DNA of 64,000 nt. Origin: Candidatus Delongbacteria bacterium (GTDB lineage: Bacteria; CAIWAD01). Positions 19,801 to 31,073 of the stretch are shown piece after piece. The position numbers and the translations under genes are program-made. The stretch spans positions 3,264,001-3,328,000 of the forward strand of contig OY760505.1 of NCBI GenBank assembly GCA_963663545.1, read 5' to 3'. Under the pieces are notes generated by a model that saw only the letters and a list, made by a program, of their open reading frames with translations, was not told the origin of the DNA and did not search any database. Every line of letters starts with the position of its first letter. Within the stretch, counting starts at the first letter, position 1.

Positions 19801-22800
19801 ATGTGTGACGGCGATAAGCACGATTCCAGTTCTACCAACAGTATGATCCGTGATACGGCGGAGAATGCACAGAACGGTGGATTTCAGGCAGAATTCCTGA
19901 AAGGCAAAGAGTTCAGCCTGGAGCGTCGCCAGTATGACTTCATTATTGAAGCCGCCGGCGTGGGCACATGGCAGTGGAACATGATGAGCGGTGAGATCCT
20001 CTGCAATGAAATCTGGGCAGAAATGCTGGGCTATCGTCTAGAAGAGCTGGAACCACTGACGCTGAACCGCTGGCGTGAACTGGTGCATCCAGACGACCTG
20101 ACGGCAGTGCTTGAGCTTCTGGAGGAATACAAGAGCGGCGAGCGTGTCGACTACTCCACAACCTATCGCATGTGTCACCGCGATGGCCACGACGTGTGGA
20201 TACTGGACCGAGGCCGTGTTGTGTCACGGGATGCTGAACATCGTCCCTTGATGATGTTTGGCACACACATTGACGTAAGTGAGCAGAAGGCGACTGAAGA
20301 AGCACTGCGTGAGAGTTCTGTGTATCACCGTGCACTGGTGCAGAACACGACGGATGCCTTTTGGTTGCTGGACTCTACTGGCCGATTCATGGATGTGAAC
20401 AAGGCTTGTGTGCGCCTGCTGGGGTATTCACGCGAGCAACTACTGTCCATGAGAGTGCAGCAAATAGAGGCCAAAGAGACGGCAAAGGAAACCGACGCTC
20501 ACTTGAAGACTATCTTGGAGAATGGCGCCGATGTGTTTGAGACAAGGCTGCGGGCAAGCGGTGGTGAACAGGTTCCTGTCGAGCTCTCCGTGTCTTACGA
20601 TGCGGCGCGAAGCGGGCGGTACATCGTGTTTGCGCGCGACCTCCGCGAGCGCCAACGGCAGCACGAGCACGATTTGCTTCTGGGACACATACTAGACGCG
20701 GCGCCGCTTGCGATCATGGTTTATTCCTATAGCGGCGACTTCTACTACGCCAACCGGCATGCGGTGCACCTGTACGGCTATGACAGTCTGGACGAGTTGC
20801 TGTGTTACAAGCGCGAATTGCACAAGGATGAGGCATATCAAGTACTTCTGGAGAAGCAGCTTATACATCTACGCGAGGAAGGTGAGACGAGTTTCGAAAC
20901 GGAGCACCGCAGCAAAGATGGATCCGTGCTCGTCCTCGATGTAATCGCCAAGGACATCCTGTGGCACGGGAAACCCGCCGTTCTGACCATCTCAACCGAT
21001 GTGACGGAGCAGAAACGGGCGCATGCGGCACTGGAAAAACGGCTGGTGGCCCTGACGAAGCCTCTGGATTCGTCGCACGATCTGGGTATTGAGGATCTGT
21101 TCAACATGGAGGATCTACAGCGCTTGCAGGATGAGTTTGCGCAGGCGACACAGGTCGCTTCGCTAATCACACTGCCCGATGGAACTCCCCTGACGCGGCC
21201 CAGTAACTTTACTCATCTGTGCGACAAGCTGATTCGAGGCACGAGTAAAGGCCGCGAAAACTGTCGCAAATCCGACGCCTACTTGGGGCGCTTCCACCCC
21301 GAAGGGCCCGTAGTCGCGCCCTGCGCCAGCTGCGGCCTGTGGGATGCCGGTACCAGCATCAGCGTCGGCGGAAAGCACGTGGCCAGCTGGTTTGTAGGAC
21401 AAGTACGCGACAACACACAGTCGATCGACACCATTCGCGCCTACGCCCGAGAGATTGGCATGGATGAGGAGAAAGCTGCCAAGGCTTTCGAGAAGGTGCC
21501 CGAGATGAGCCGCGAGCGCTTTGAGCAGATTGCGGCCTTGTTGTTCACCATGGCCAACCGCCTTTCGGACATGGCTTATCAAAATGTGCAGCAGGCACGA
21601 TTCATTCAGGAACGAAGAGCCGCTGAGGGTGCGCTGCGATTGAGTGAAGAGCGCTTTCGTCTGCTGTTGAATGAAACTCCCATGGTTTCGGTACAAGGGT
21701 ATCAGCCCGACGGTACACTGCTGTTCTGGAATGAAGGCGCGCATCAACTCTATGGGTATACCGTAGAGGAAGCGGTGGGTGCGAACATGTATCAGTTGAT
21801 CATGCCGGAGCAGATGCGCGAGAAAGCGCAGGAGGCTATCGCACGCATGGCAGCTGGAGGTGAGCTGGAGCCTCCCGCCGAGCTGGAGCTGAAACACAGG
21901 GATGGACATTCGCTGACGGTGTTTTCCTCACACTGTGTGATACGCAGACCGGGGCAGCCGGTGGAGCTCTACTGTGTGGATATCGATTTGCGTCCCATCC
22001 GCGAGGCGGAAGCCGAGCGCGAGCGCTTGCGCGAACAGCTGGTGCAAGCACAGAAGATGGAATCCATCGGACGACTGGCGGGTGGTGTAGCACACGATTT
22101 CAACAACCTGCTTAGCGTGATACTAGGAAACGCAGAGATCCTGCTGGACGATCTGCCCGTGCGCAGCGAGTTCCGTGACAGCGTCGAGGAGATTCAGCAG
22201 GCGGCCCAACGTTCGGCGGATCTGACTCGTCAACTGCTGGCTTTTGCTCGCAAACAGACCGTCGCTCCGCGAATACTGGACTTGAATGATACCGTAGAGT
22301 CCATGCTGAAGATGCTGCGTCGACTTCTCGGCGAAGACATCGAACTGGTCTGGGAACCGGCGCGTGTGTCACACTCCATCTACATGGATCCTGCACAAGT
22401 GGATCAAGTGCTGGCCAACCTTTGTGTCAATGCGCGGGATGCAATCAAGCGGGCTGATGGTCGAATCGTGATACGCAGTCAAGCCATTCGCATTACTGAG
22501 GAAGACTGCCATCGTGATTCATCGCTGCAATCGGGTAGCTACATGCTACTGGAAGTCTGCGACAACGGCGAAGGCATGGATGAGCACACTCTGGAGAACA
22601 TTTTCGAGCCCTTCTTTACAACCAAGGGCCTGGCTGAGGGAACCGGACTTGGACTGGCGACGGTATTCGGCGTAGTACAGCAGAATGAGGGCTTCATTCG
22701 TGTGGACAGCCGTCCCGGAGAGGGATCGTGTTTCCGACTCTATCTGCCCATAGCGGAAGCAGAGACGCCGCAGGTGTATCACACGAATGTTGGAGAACGG

Positions 22801-23181
22801 CGATCAGGAAGTGAGACGATTCTGTTGGTAGAGGACGAGCCTGTATTACTCACCATCAGCAAGCGTATGCTGGAGCGCATGGGCTACACAGTGCTGACGG
22901 CACAAAGCCCACGTCGCGCCATTGAGTTGGCCGACGAGTACAGTGGGCGCATTGATTTGATCATGAGCGATGTGGTGATGCCGGAGATGAACGGCAGCGA
23001 ACTGGTCCGGACGCTTGTTTCGACCTACCCGAATCTGCGCGCCATATTCATGTCCGGCTATCCAGCGGATATCATCGCGAGACAAGGTGTGTTACACGGG
23101 AATGTGGCCTTCTTGCAGAAGCCCTTCACCCAGGACCTGCTGGCGAGCAAGCTGCGGGAAGCGCTGGATGCAAATCATTGA
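19801..23181 (+). CDS. Hybrid sensor histidine kinase (PAS, PocR, HisKA, HATPase, REC)
   Basis: Several PAS domains; PocR-like Cys segment; GGVAHDFNN; FFTTK..GTGLGL; C-terminal receiver domain. Confidence 0.92.
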   Translation: MCDGDKHDSSSTNSMIRDTAENAQNGGFQAEFLKGKEFSLERRQYDFIIEAAGVGTWQWNMMSGEILCNEIWAEMLGYRLEELEPLTLNRWRELVHPDDLTAVLELLEEYKSGERVDYSTTYRMCHRDGHDVWILDRGRVVSRDAEHRPLMMFGTHIDVSEQKATEEALRESSVYHRALVQNTTDAFWLLDSTGRFMDVNKACVRLLGYSREQLLSMRVQQIEAKETAKETDAHLKTILENGADVFETRLRASGGEQVPVELSVSYDAARSGRYIVFARDLRERQRQHEHDLLLGHILDAAPLAIMVYSYSGDFYYANRHAVHLYGYDSLDELLCYKRELHKDEAYQVLLEKQLIHLREEGETSFETEHRSKDGSVLVLDVIAKDILWHGKPAVLTISTDVTEQKRAHAALEKRLVALTKPLDSSHDLGIEDLFNMEDLQRLQDEFAQATQVASLITLPDGTPLTRPSNFTHLCDKLIRGTSKGRENCRKSDAYLGRFHPEGPVVAPCASCGLWDAGTSISVGGKHVASWFVGQVRDNTQSIDTIRAYAREIGMDEEKAAKAFEKVPEMSRERFEQIAALLFTMANRLSDMAYQNVQQARFIQERRAAEGALRLSEERFRLLLNETPMVSVQGYQPDGTLLFWNEGAHQLYGYTVEEAVGANMYQLIMPEQMREKAQEAIARMAAGGELEPPAELELKHRDGHSLTVFSSHCVIRRPGQPVELYCVDIDLRPIREAEAERERLREQLVQAQKMESIGRLAGGVAHDFNNLLSVILGNAEILLDDLPVRSEFRDSVEEIQQAAQRSADLTRQLLAFARKQTVAPRILDLNDTVESMLKMLRRLLGEDIELVWEPARVSHSIYMDPAQVDQVLANLCVNARDAIKRADGRIVIRSQAIRITEEDCHRDSSLQSGSYMLLEVCDNGEGMDEHTLENIFEPFFTTKGLAEGTGLGLATVFGVVQQNEGFIRVDSRPGEGSCFRLYLPIAEAETPQVYHTNVGERRSGSETILLVEDEPVLLTISKRMLERMGYTVLTAQSPRRAIELADEYSGRIDLIMSDVVMPEMNGSELVRTLVSTYPNLRAIFMSGYPADIIARQGVLHGNVAFLQKPFTQDLLASKLREALDANH

Positions 23182-23305
23182 GCACTGGCCGAGTGCGATC
23201 AACCAATACCTGTATCGTGGTTGCCCATTACCGCAGCCTTATCTCCATTTGTCCTAAACCCGTGAGTGCTAGGATAGAACGACGAGAATCCGGGAGGGAG
23301 TCAAT

Positions 23306-25780
23306 ATGAGGCCGGGTCGCGGGCACGTGTATCATGGATTGTTGTTCCTGCTGTATCACCTGATTCTGGTGGCGTCAGCTACCTGTGCTACGAGCAAGGA
23401 CCTTGAAGGTATCTGGCTGGGGGCCTTCGAAACGCCACTGCACCGGCTGGAACTGGTCTGGCGCGTTTATGAGCCTCAGTCTGACAGCCTGCTGGTGCTA
23501 CACGATAGTCCCGCCTATGGCGTGCTTGACGTCCCCGTTCCCGTTGTGCAGCTGAACGCCGACAGTGTGCTTTTTCAGGTGACACGCTTTCCGGCGACTT
23601 TTCGCGGACGTCGCTGTGCTCCTGACCGGCTGTGCGGCCAGTACCAAGGCGAAGGGAATCCCGTTGACTTCGCCCTGACGCGTATCACGAGGAATCCAGA
23701 CTCGTTGCTGGCGTACATGGCGCCGCGGCTGCGAGCCGATGGCTCACGTGAGCTAGAGTGGGCGTATCACCGTCCACAGCAAAGCGATGATGGCTGGGGA
23801 GTTGGCGATGCGGCTTCCGCCGGAGTAGACATGGACCGTTTGCGAGAATTAGTACAGGGTGTGCTGACCAGCCACTGTCCAAATCTTCACTCCCTGCTGA
23901 TTGCGCGTGGTGACAGTCTGCTGGTCGAGGAGTACTTCTACGGCTACAACTCAGACCGACCGCATCCCATTTACAGTAATGCAAAAGGCGTCTGCGCCGC
24001 CACGCTGGGACTGGCGCTGGCGGAGGGTCGTGTACCAGCGTTGGACACTCCCTTGCGAGAGTGCTTTCCCGAGTACTCCCGGCTGCTGACAGATTCGCTG
24101 AAGTCGCGTATCACATTGAGGCACACACTGAGCATGCAGGCCGGGTTTGCCTGGGATGAGAGTTCTTCATCGTATTACGACATGCGTAATACAAACCGGC
24201 AGAAGATGAGCAGCGATGATTATGTGGCCTTTGTGCTCGCGCAGCCGATGAGTCATTTGCCCGGAACACAGTACACCTACAACAGCGGCTTGCCCGACCT
24301 GTGGAGCGAGCTGGTGCGCAGGGGTACGGGCATGTCCTGCTGGGAGGTTGCCGACCAGAAGATCTTTTCGCCGCTGCGTATGCAGCACTATCTGTGGGAG
24401 ACCAACAGCGACGGCACGGCGGGGGGCTTGCTGCTGAGACCGCGCGATTTTCTGAAGCTGGCGCGCGTCTACGCGAATCACGGACAGTGGCACGGCAAGC
24501 GTGTACTGGCCGAGGGCTGGCTGGACGAGTGCTATCGCGATCCGTGGGACGAAGAGCGACTGCCCTACTGGAATCATTGGGGTCGCGGGCTGCAAATGGT
24601 GGCGGGAATACCTGTCGTGTATTACAGCGGAGGCGGTTTTGGCGGGCAGGCGATTTTCGCCTTTCCCGATCTCGATCTGCTGGTGGCTTTTACGGCGGGC
24701 AACTATGTGACGCCCTCCATCCTCTATGACGAAGTGATGGCTAAGTATATTTTGCCACCGCTGCTAGAGCCGGAATCCGGCTATGCTTCGCCCGTCAGAA
24801 CCCCTACCCTTCAGCTCGACACATACGTGTATCACCACTCGCCCAATACGGGGTTGGCCTGCCTGTGGAGCGCTATGTCGTATCTCAATGGTGCGACGAG
24901 TGAAGCCTGGGTGTATGGTATCACAGGGGCCGCTTTTGCGCTGAATGCCAATGAGTACTTGTGGCCCAATTGCGTTGGTCGCTGGGACAATCCCTGTCTT
25001 GAGGAGCAGCTCAGTCGTCTTGGCTACGCGCGGAAGAACTTCTACGCCTACTTTTTGCAGCCCAATGCGGCCAGCGTACGCGAGGAAGCCCGGCAGGCTG
25101 TGATACAAGCTCTGGAGGACGGTCAACCCGCCTGGGCCTTTGATTTGCATCTCCCCGAGAGCTACCTGATCTACGGCTACGATCAGCATGGTGTCTACTA
25201 TCGAGGTGTGGATTGTAACACAGGCTACGGGCCACAGTCCTGGTCAAGCCTGGGTACCGAAGATCCTGGCTGGTTCGAAGCCCATACCATGTATCACATG
25301 GGGCATGCCGACACGCTGGCCGCAGTTCGGGCGTCGCTAAGGTGTGCCGTGCGAATGTGGCGTCAGCCGCAGGAGTTTCCGCATCAAGGTTTTGTCTTTG
25401 GTCCCGAGGCCTACACGATGTGGCAGCGCGCGCTTATGAGTGACAACCTGGATTTCATGGGCCTCGCCTACTGTGCAAGCGCGTGGTCAACAGCGCGCCG
25501 CTGTGCGGCAGACTACTTCGCGGAGTTGGAGCCGCACCTGCCTCCTTTGCATCTTCCAGCGCTGCAGCGACTGCAGACGCACTTCCGGGTTGTGGCCGAG
25601 AGCTGGCAACAGGTATGCGCACTCTTTCCTTACGAGGGACAGGAGCGCTGGCAGCTGCAGGAGAATGCTGCGGACCCACTTCGCCGGGAGCAGGCGGGCG
25701 ATGCTCTGCGAGAAGCCGCTCTGGCAGAAGAAACCGCTGTGCAAGAGTTGGAGCTGCTGTTGGTGCGCTGGCCGGAATGA
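23306..25780 (+). CDS. Secreted serine hydrolase (beta-lactamase family) fused to an uncharacterised C-terminal domain
   Basis: SxxK (SNAK), YNS, LLLRPRDFLKL, GFGGQ motifs. Confidence 0.8.
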   Translation: MRPGRGHVYHGLLFLLYHLILVASATCATSKDLEGIWLGAFETPLHRLELVWRVYEPQSDSLLVLHDSPAYGVLDVPVPVVQLNADSVLFQVTRFPATFRGRRCAPDRLCGQYQGEGNPVDFALTRITRNPDSLLAYMAPRLRADGSRELEWAYHRPQQSDDGWGVGDAASAGVDMDRLRELVQGVLTSHCPNLHSLLIARGDSLLVEEYFYGYNSDRPHPIYSNAKGVCAATLGLALAEGRVPALDTPLRECFPEYSRLLTDSLKSRITLRHTLSMQAGFAWDESSSSYYDMRNTNRQKMSSDDYVAFVLAQPMSHLPGTQYTYNSGLPDLWSELVRRGTGMSCWEVADQKIFSPLRMQHYLWETNSDGTAGGLLLRPRDFLKLARVYANHGQWHGKRVLAEGWLDECYRDPWDEERLPYWNHWGRGLQMVAGIPVVYYSGGGFGGQAIFAFPDLDLLVAFTAGNYVTPSILYDEVMAKYILPPLLEPESGYASPVRTPTLQLDTYVYHHSPNTGLACLWSAMSYLNGATSEAWVYGITGAAFALNANEYLWPNCVGRWDNPCLEEQLSRLGYARKNFYAYFLQPNAASVREEARQAVIQALEDGQPAWAFDLHLPESYLIYGYDQHGVYYRGVDCNTGYGPQSWSSLGTEDPGWFEAHTMYHMGHADTLAAVRASLRCAVRMWRQPQEFPHQGFVFGPEAYTMWQRALMSDNLDFMGLAYCASAWSTARRCAADYFAELEPHLPPLHLPALQRLQTHFRVVAESWQQVCALFPYEGQERWQLQENAADPLRREQAGDALREAALAEETAVQELELLLVRWPE

Positions 25781-25865
25781 AGCCCAGCCAGCTTTCCAGC
25801 GGAGCTAAATATGGCTCGCCTTCAATCAGATAACAGCACTACGGAACCCTAGCGGACAGGAGCTG

Positions 25866-28800
25866 ATGCAGCGGGCCATCTATATCGTAAGTGCACAGGC
25901 GGGAATTCCCGATCTACTGCGCGGAGTGCTGCGACACAACGGCTGGCACGGTCAGTTGCATCATCTCAGCTCGCTGGCTGGCCTTCCTTTGGACCGTCCC
26001 GTGCAAGTGCTGGTAGATTCCGGGCGCGAGGGGCTTGGACCGGCGGAAGTGCAGGAATTGCAGCGCTTGAGCGTGCGCTTCTCGGTCACCGTGCTAGGAG
26101 AAGCTCCTGCAGGTAGTGGCCTGAGCGTGTTGGCCTGGCGTGACCTCAGCCAACTCTACACACTGCTGGCTCTGGAAGAGGGCCCCGGCCTGGCAAAGGC
26201 CTCCGCAGGTGAAGAGCGCTTTCCCTATTTCGTTGTGCATCCCGCTGAGCTTCTGATCGAAATGGATCCTCAGGCACGTATCACCTTCATTCGCGGCGAC
26301 AGCCTGAATCTGCTGGGATACACGCCGGAGGAGCTGATCGGGGTCAGTGCCTATGAGATGGTACCGGATGAAGAGCGTGATACATTTCGCGAGATCCTGG
26401 TTCAGATTCTGCAGGACCATCGCGAGATACAGGCCGCCATGATCACTCTGCGCAGCCGCAGCGGCAACGATGTGCACATGCTGGCGCGTGGTATTCCCGT
26501 TTTCGATGACGAGCGGCAGCTCATTGGAATTCGAGCGCGACTGCGTGATCTGGGGCGAAACGAGTACTACCAGATCAACCGCCAGCTGCGCGATAAAATG
26601 TTTGAGCTGTTGCGCAAAGTATCACGCATCATGAGCAGTGGCGGTTCCATTGAGGACCGCTTACGCCGTGTGCTGGCGCACGCAGGTCAGAGTTTGGGTT
26701 TGGCGCGTACCTGGCTCATGGTGCATAATCAAGGTGACACAGGCTTTTCGAGCGAGAATCAGAATGCACTGCTGGAGGAGTGGCACCGCGTGCACCTGTC
26801 GCCGATCAGACTTGGAGGCGAGATTCCTCCGGTGTGCAGAAACAACCTGGACAAGCTGCTGAACGAGATGCATCCGCGTATCACGCGCCGGGGCGAGTGC
26901 AACGAGCTGGAAGCCCAGATTCTGGATCACCTGAAACTGGGTAGCATGTACTGCACGCCGCTGCAATCAAGGGATCACAGCATTGCCGGACTGCTTGGTT
27001 TTGGTGAGGACTCCGGCAATCTGACCTGGGACCGTGAGACACAACAGGTCGTGCAGTTGATGGCCGAGATACTCTTCAGTTCCTACGAACAGGAGCGTAC
27101 GCGACAGCGTTACGATCTGCTGGAGCAGGTGCACAGCGACATGACCGAGAACATCGGTATTGGCTTGATGCGAACCCTGGGCGATGGCACGCTGGTGATG
27201 GCCAATCACGCACTGGCTCAGATGTTCGGCTTCGATCACGACAATGTGCTAGGGCTCAACGCCAAGGACTTCTACTATGACATCACGCTGCGCGACAAGC
27301 TACTACAGGATCTGCGCGCCGGCGTGCGCGTTTCCGGACGACGTGTACAGGTGGTAGACAAGCAGGGACGCCCCTTTTGGTGTTCCATCTGGGTCCGCTA
27401 CTTCCGCGGTCCAGACGGTAGGGACTATCTGGATTCCGCCATCGTGGACATCGACCTCCTTCACCGCACCCAGTTGGCGCTGGCCCAGGAGCGCGATCTC
27501 TTCAACGCCATCCTGCAATCGGCTGGTGTGATGCTGTTGGTGCTGGACAAGAAACTCTGCATCCGTCATTTCAACCGTGCCTGCGAGGACATCCTGGGAA
27601 TCCATGCCGAGGAAGCGATCGGTCGCTGCTACGATGAAGTCTTCGAACCCCTGCGCAATGGGCTGCGCCTGCGTGAATTACGCGAAGCCTTCAGCCTGGG
27701 AAAAACAGTCCGCGATCAGTACTTGGACTGGCAGACGCCGCAAGGCGGTTTTGTGCGCATCGAGTACTCCATGAGCCCGCTTCTGGACGAGCAAAGCGCT
27801 CTGCGCTACATCATTGTCAGTGGTACCGATGTCACACGCCGCGAACAGGCGGAACAACAGCTCTTGTTGCGCGGTGAGGCTATGAACGCCGCCTTCAGCG
27901 CCATCATGTTGGTGGATAACAACGAGCACGTAGTCTGGGTCAATCGCGCCTGTGCCGAACTGACAGGCATTGCGCGCGATCAGCTGCTTGGGCGCTCGGC
28001 GGCCGATCTGCTGGAGCAGCCCAAAGGCTTTTTTCAGCAGGTGCGCGCCCATTTACGTCGCTCGCCAGGTTGGCGTCGCGAGCTTGTGATACGCCGTCCC
28101 GACGGCAAGGTGAATCAAGAGGAAGTGCTGATCTCGGCTGTGGAGGGCGCGCGCGGGGAGCTCACGCACTTCGTTATCATTCGCCAGGAAATCAGCCAGC
28201 GCATACAAGCTGAGGCTGAACGCCGCACACGCTTGGCCCGTCTGCTGGAAGAAGACCGTCAGCGCACACTGCTGACGCTGCTCACAGGCGTGACACACGA
28301 GATCAACAACCCCAACAATTTCATCATGCTCAGCTCGCCGCTGCTGAAGGAAATCTGGCAGAGCGTGCTACCGCTACTGGATGAGCAGTTGAAGGATGAT
28401 CCCGACTACGAGGTCGCCGGTTTGCGTTGGCAGGAAGTACGAGGCGAATTGCCTGAGTTGCTGGACAGCATCGGCCAGGGCTCGGATCGTATTCGCAGTA
28501 TCACGACCAACCTCAATCAGTATGTGCATGAGGCACCCACCGAGCAGGAACCAGTGCAGCTCAATCGCGTGGTGAGCGCGGCCGCCGAATTGCTATCGAC
28601 ACAGTTGCGCCGCCAGAGCAGCTTCCACATGAGCCTGGGCGACGACCTGCCTACGGTCAAGGGTATTGCTGTGCGTTTGCAACAGATGGTGATCAATCTG
28701 CTGCGCAACAGCCTGCTGGCCCTAGGTGATGGAGGCGGCAGTATCATCGTGCGCACATGGCAGGAGGGCGAAGAGCTGGTGCTGGAGGTCGAGGACAGCG

Positions 28801-28985
28801 GCTGCGGCATTCCACCCGAGAACCTCGACCGAGTTACCGACCCCTTCTTCACCACTTGGCGTCAGCACGGCTGCCAGGGGTTGGGGCTATCCATTGCCGA
28901 GCGCGTAGTGCACGAAAGCGGCGGTCGCCTACTGATCGAGTCTCCGGAGCGGAAGGGCACACGCGTGCGCGTCATTTTTTCCTGA
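25866..28985 (+). CDS. PAS/GAF sensor histidine kinase
   Basis: Several PAS domains; GVTHEINNP; DPFFTT...GLGL. Confidence 0.9.
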   Translation: MQRAIYIVSAQAGIPDLLRGVLRHNGWHGQLHHLSSLAGLPLDRPVQVLVDSGREGLGPAEVQELQRLSVRFSVTVLGEAPAGSGLSVLAWRDLSQLYTLLALEEGPGLAKASAGEERFPYFVVHPAELLIEMDPQARITFIRGDSLNLLGYTPEELIGVSAYEMVPDEERDTFREILVQILQDHREIQAAMITLRSRSGNDVHMLARGIPVFDDERQLIGIRARLRDLGRNEYYQINRQLRDKMFELLRKVSRIMSSGGSIEDRLRRVLAHAGQSLGLARTWLMVHNQGDTGFSSENQNALLEEWHRVHLSPIRLGGEIPPVCRNNLDKLLNEMHPRITRRGECNELEAQILDHLKLGSMYCTPLQSRDHSIAGLLGFGEDSGNLTWDRETQQVVQLMAEILFSSYEQERTRQRYDLLEQVHSDMTENIGIGLMRTLGDGTLVMANHALAQMFGFDHDNVLGLNAKDFYYDITLRDKLLQDLRAGVRVSGRRVQVVDKQGRPFWCSIWVRYFRGPDGRDYLDSAIVDIDLLHRTQLALAQERDLFNAILQSAGVMLLVLDKKLCIRHFNRACEDILGIHAEEAIGRCYDEVFEPLRNGLRLRELREAFSLGKTVRDQYLDWQTPQGGFVRIEYSMSPLLDEQSALRYIIVSGTDVTRREQAEQQLLLRGEAMNAAFSAIMLVDNNEHVVWVNRACAELTGIARDQLLGRSAADLLEQPKGFFQQVRAHLRRSPGWRRELVIRRPDGKVNQEEVLISAVEGARGELTHFVIIRQEISQRIQAEAERRTRLARLLEEDRQRTLLTLLTGVTHEINNPNNFIMLSSPLLKEIWQSVLPLLDEQLKDDPDYEVAGLRWQEVRGELPELLDSIGQGSDRIRSITTNLNQYVHEAPTEQEPVQLNRVVSAAAELLSTQLRRQSSFHMSLGDDLPTVKGIAVRLQQMVINLLRNSLLALGDGGGSIIVRTWQEGEELVLEVEDSGCGIPPENLDRVTDPFFTTWRQHGCQGLGLSIAERVVHESGGRLLIESPERKGTRVRVIFS

Positions 28986-29109
28986 ATCATGGCGTATTCA
29001 CTCCTCCTTCTACTAAATAGCGCTGTTCGGTTAACCGATACCTAAGCTGCCTGCACTGACCACAGCGAAGCGCTCCCTTGCATGAATCTTTTTCAAGCTG
29101 AGCCGCCAC

Positions 29110-30318
29110 ATGCGTACACCGCATATTCTCATAGCTGATGATGAGACGCCGATTCGTCTGACGGTATCGCTCATCTTGAAGCGTAAAAGCTACCGCGTCA
29201 GCACTGCAGTTGATGGAAACGCAGCCCTGCAAGCTTTTCAACAGGCGCAGGAAGAGGGCAATCCCGTCGATCTGCTGATCACCGACATCTACATGCCTGG
29301 CATGGATGGCCTGGAACTCATCGACCGCATTCGTTCGCTGCGCAGCGACATGCCCATCATCGGCATCACCGCCTTTGGCAACAAAGAAGTCGTGGTGGAG
29401 TTGCTGCGCCGCAAGGTTAACGACTACATCGAAAAGCCGGTGGACGAAGAAGCCATCCTCACCTGCATTCAGCGTGTGCTGGATCGCCACCGCGAGCACG
29501 GGGAGCTGGAAGAGGAGCGTATCAGCAAGCGCGCGCACGACATGGCCCAGCGCGAAACCGAGAGCTTCCAGCGGCGTGTGTCGGAGATGCGCAGCCGCAT
29601 CGACAAGATGGTGGGCTCCTACCAGCGGCTGACGCGCCACGTTGAAGAAGAAGACCTGCTTTCCCACGAGCTGCGGCAGATGACCATGGAGGAGCTCGGC
29701 GGCGATTTCGTCGAGTTTCGCGCGGTTCAGGGCGGCTACCGCCTGGTGGTGGCCGATGTGGCCGGACACGATGTCGGTAGCACGTATCACACGATTCTGG
29801 TCAAGGCGGCTTTCGAGTCGCATTTGCGCACGAGCAGCGATCCGCTGCAGTTTCTGCGGGACCTGAACCAGCAGCTGGTGGAAGGCGGCGACAGTCGCAT
29901 GGTCACGGCGTGTTACGTCGACATCAGTCTGGAACGCCGAACCGCCAATGTCTACAACGCGGGCCACGTGCCGCCGCTGTTGCTCTCCCGACGTGACGAA
30001 CAGATACACGAGATCCATTCCAAAGGTGGCGTGCTGGGCGTCTTCGATATTCTGATGATCGAACCCTACGCCCAACGGCTGACCACCGGCGACCGGCTCT
30101 TTGTCTATTCCGACGGACTGCCGGGGCTCAAACGCCTGGACCCCGCTACGGGCCTTTACTCGCGTCTGGGACAAGTGGGGCTGACCAGCCTGCTGCGTCG
30201 TCACCGCAAGCTGCCTCTACCCGAAGCCGTCGACGCCACCTGGTCGGACCTGCAGGATTTCTGCTATCGGCGGCCGAACGACGACATGCTGCTCTTTGCC
30301 ATAGAAATGCCTGAATGA
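29110..30318 (+). CDS. Response regulator with PP2C/SpoIIE phosphatase domain (RsbU-like)
   Basis: N-terminal REC; ADVAGH, YSDGL, DDML motifs. Confidence 0.9.
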   Translation: MRTPHILIADDETPIRLTVSLILKRKSYRVSTAVDGNAALQAFQQAQEEGNPVDLLITDIYMPGMDGLELIDRIRSLRSDMPIIGITAFGNKEVVVELLRRKVNDYIEKPVDEEAILTCIQRVLDRHREHGELEEERISKRAHDMAQRETESFQRRVSEMRSRIDKMVGSYQRLTRHVEEEDLLSHELRQMTMEELGGDFVEFRAVQGGYRLVVADVAGHDVGSTYHTILVKAAFESHLRTSSDPLQFLRDLNQQLVEGGDSRMVTACYVDISLERRTANVYNAGHVPPLLLSRRDEQIHEIHSKGGVLGVFDILMIEPYAQRLTTGDRLFVYSDGLPGLKRLDPATGLYSRLGQVGLTSLLRRHRKLPLPEAVDATWSDLQDFCYRRPNDDMLLFAIEMPE

Positions 30319-30329
30319 GGGGAGACGCT

Positions 30330-31073
30330 ATGTTCACCATGACCGAAGAAGCCCAATCGCTGATCCTCAAATTTGACTCCGACCCGCATCAGATCGACCG
30401 GGCGGTCCGCGAACTGCGCGCCTTTCTCGCTTCGCAGCACCTGGTGGCCGTTTCGGAAATGGTGCTGGTTACACGCGAACTGCTGGCCAACGCCATTGAG
30501 CACGGCAACCACAAGGACCCGAAGAAGGTGGTCCACTGCACCGTCAGCCAGGTCAACGACCTGCTGTATCGCATTGAAGTGGCCGACGAAGGCGAAGGCT
30601 TCGACACCAGTCTGGTGGCCAAGGCAACCATGGACGATCCCGGACGCGAACGCCAGCGCGGCTACGCCATCATCAACGCCATGACCGAGCTGGTGGAATT
30701 CAACGAGAAGGGCAACGTCATCACCGCCTACGTGGCGGTCTCGCGCAGCACCCGTTTTGAACTGAATACAGAAGGCGGCCGCGTGCTGGTGCGTCCCAAC
30801 GGCGACATCACCGCCGCCGTCGCCGATCGCCTGCGAGTGTTGCTGCTGGAGCAATACGAGGCCGGCTATCGCTGTTTCCACTTCGACATGGCGCGCGTGC
30901 AGGATATGGATTCGGTGTCGCTGTCCATCTTCGTCGTGCTGGCCAAGATGGTCTGCGACGAGCCCGGGCACGAGCTGGAATTGGCAAACACCAGTGAGGA
31001 TATACAGAACCTGTTCAGGATGACCCGCCTGAACGAGCGCTACACCATCAGCGGACAACGGGAGGATGCATGA
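30330..31073 (+). CDS. Anti-sigma kinase (RsbW-like) fused to a STAS anti-anti-sigma domain
   Basis: ELLANAIEHGN, DEGEGFD, then STAS motif VQDMDSVSL. Confidence 0.85.
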   Translation: MFTMTEEAQSLILKFDSDPHQIDRAVRELRAFLASQHLVAVSEMVLVTRELLANAIEHGNHKDPKKVVHCTVSQVNDLLYRIEVADEGEGFDTSLVAKATMDDPGRERQRGYAIINAMTELVEFNEKGNVITAYVAVSRSTRFELNTEGGRVLVRPNGDITAAVADRLRVLLLEQYEAGYRCFHFDMARVQDMDSVSLSIFVVLAKMVCDEPGHELELANTSEDIQNLFRMTRLNERYTISGQREDA

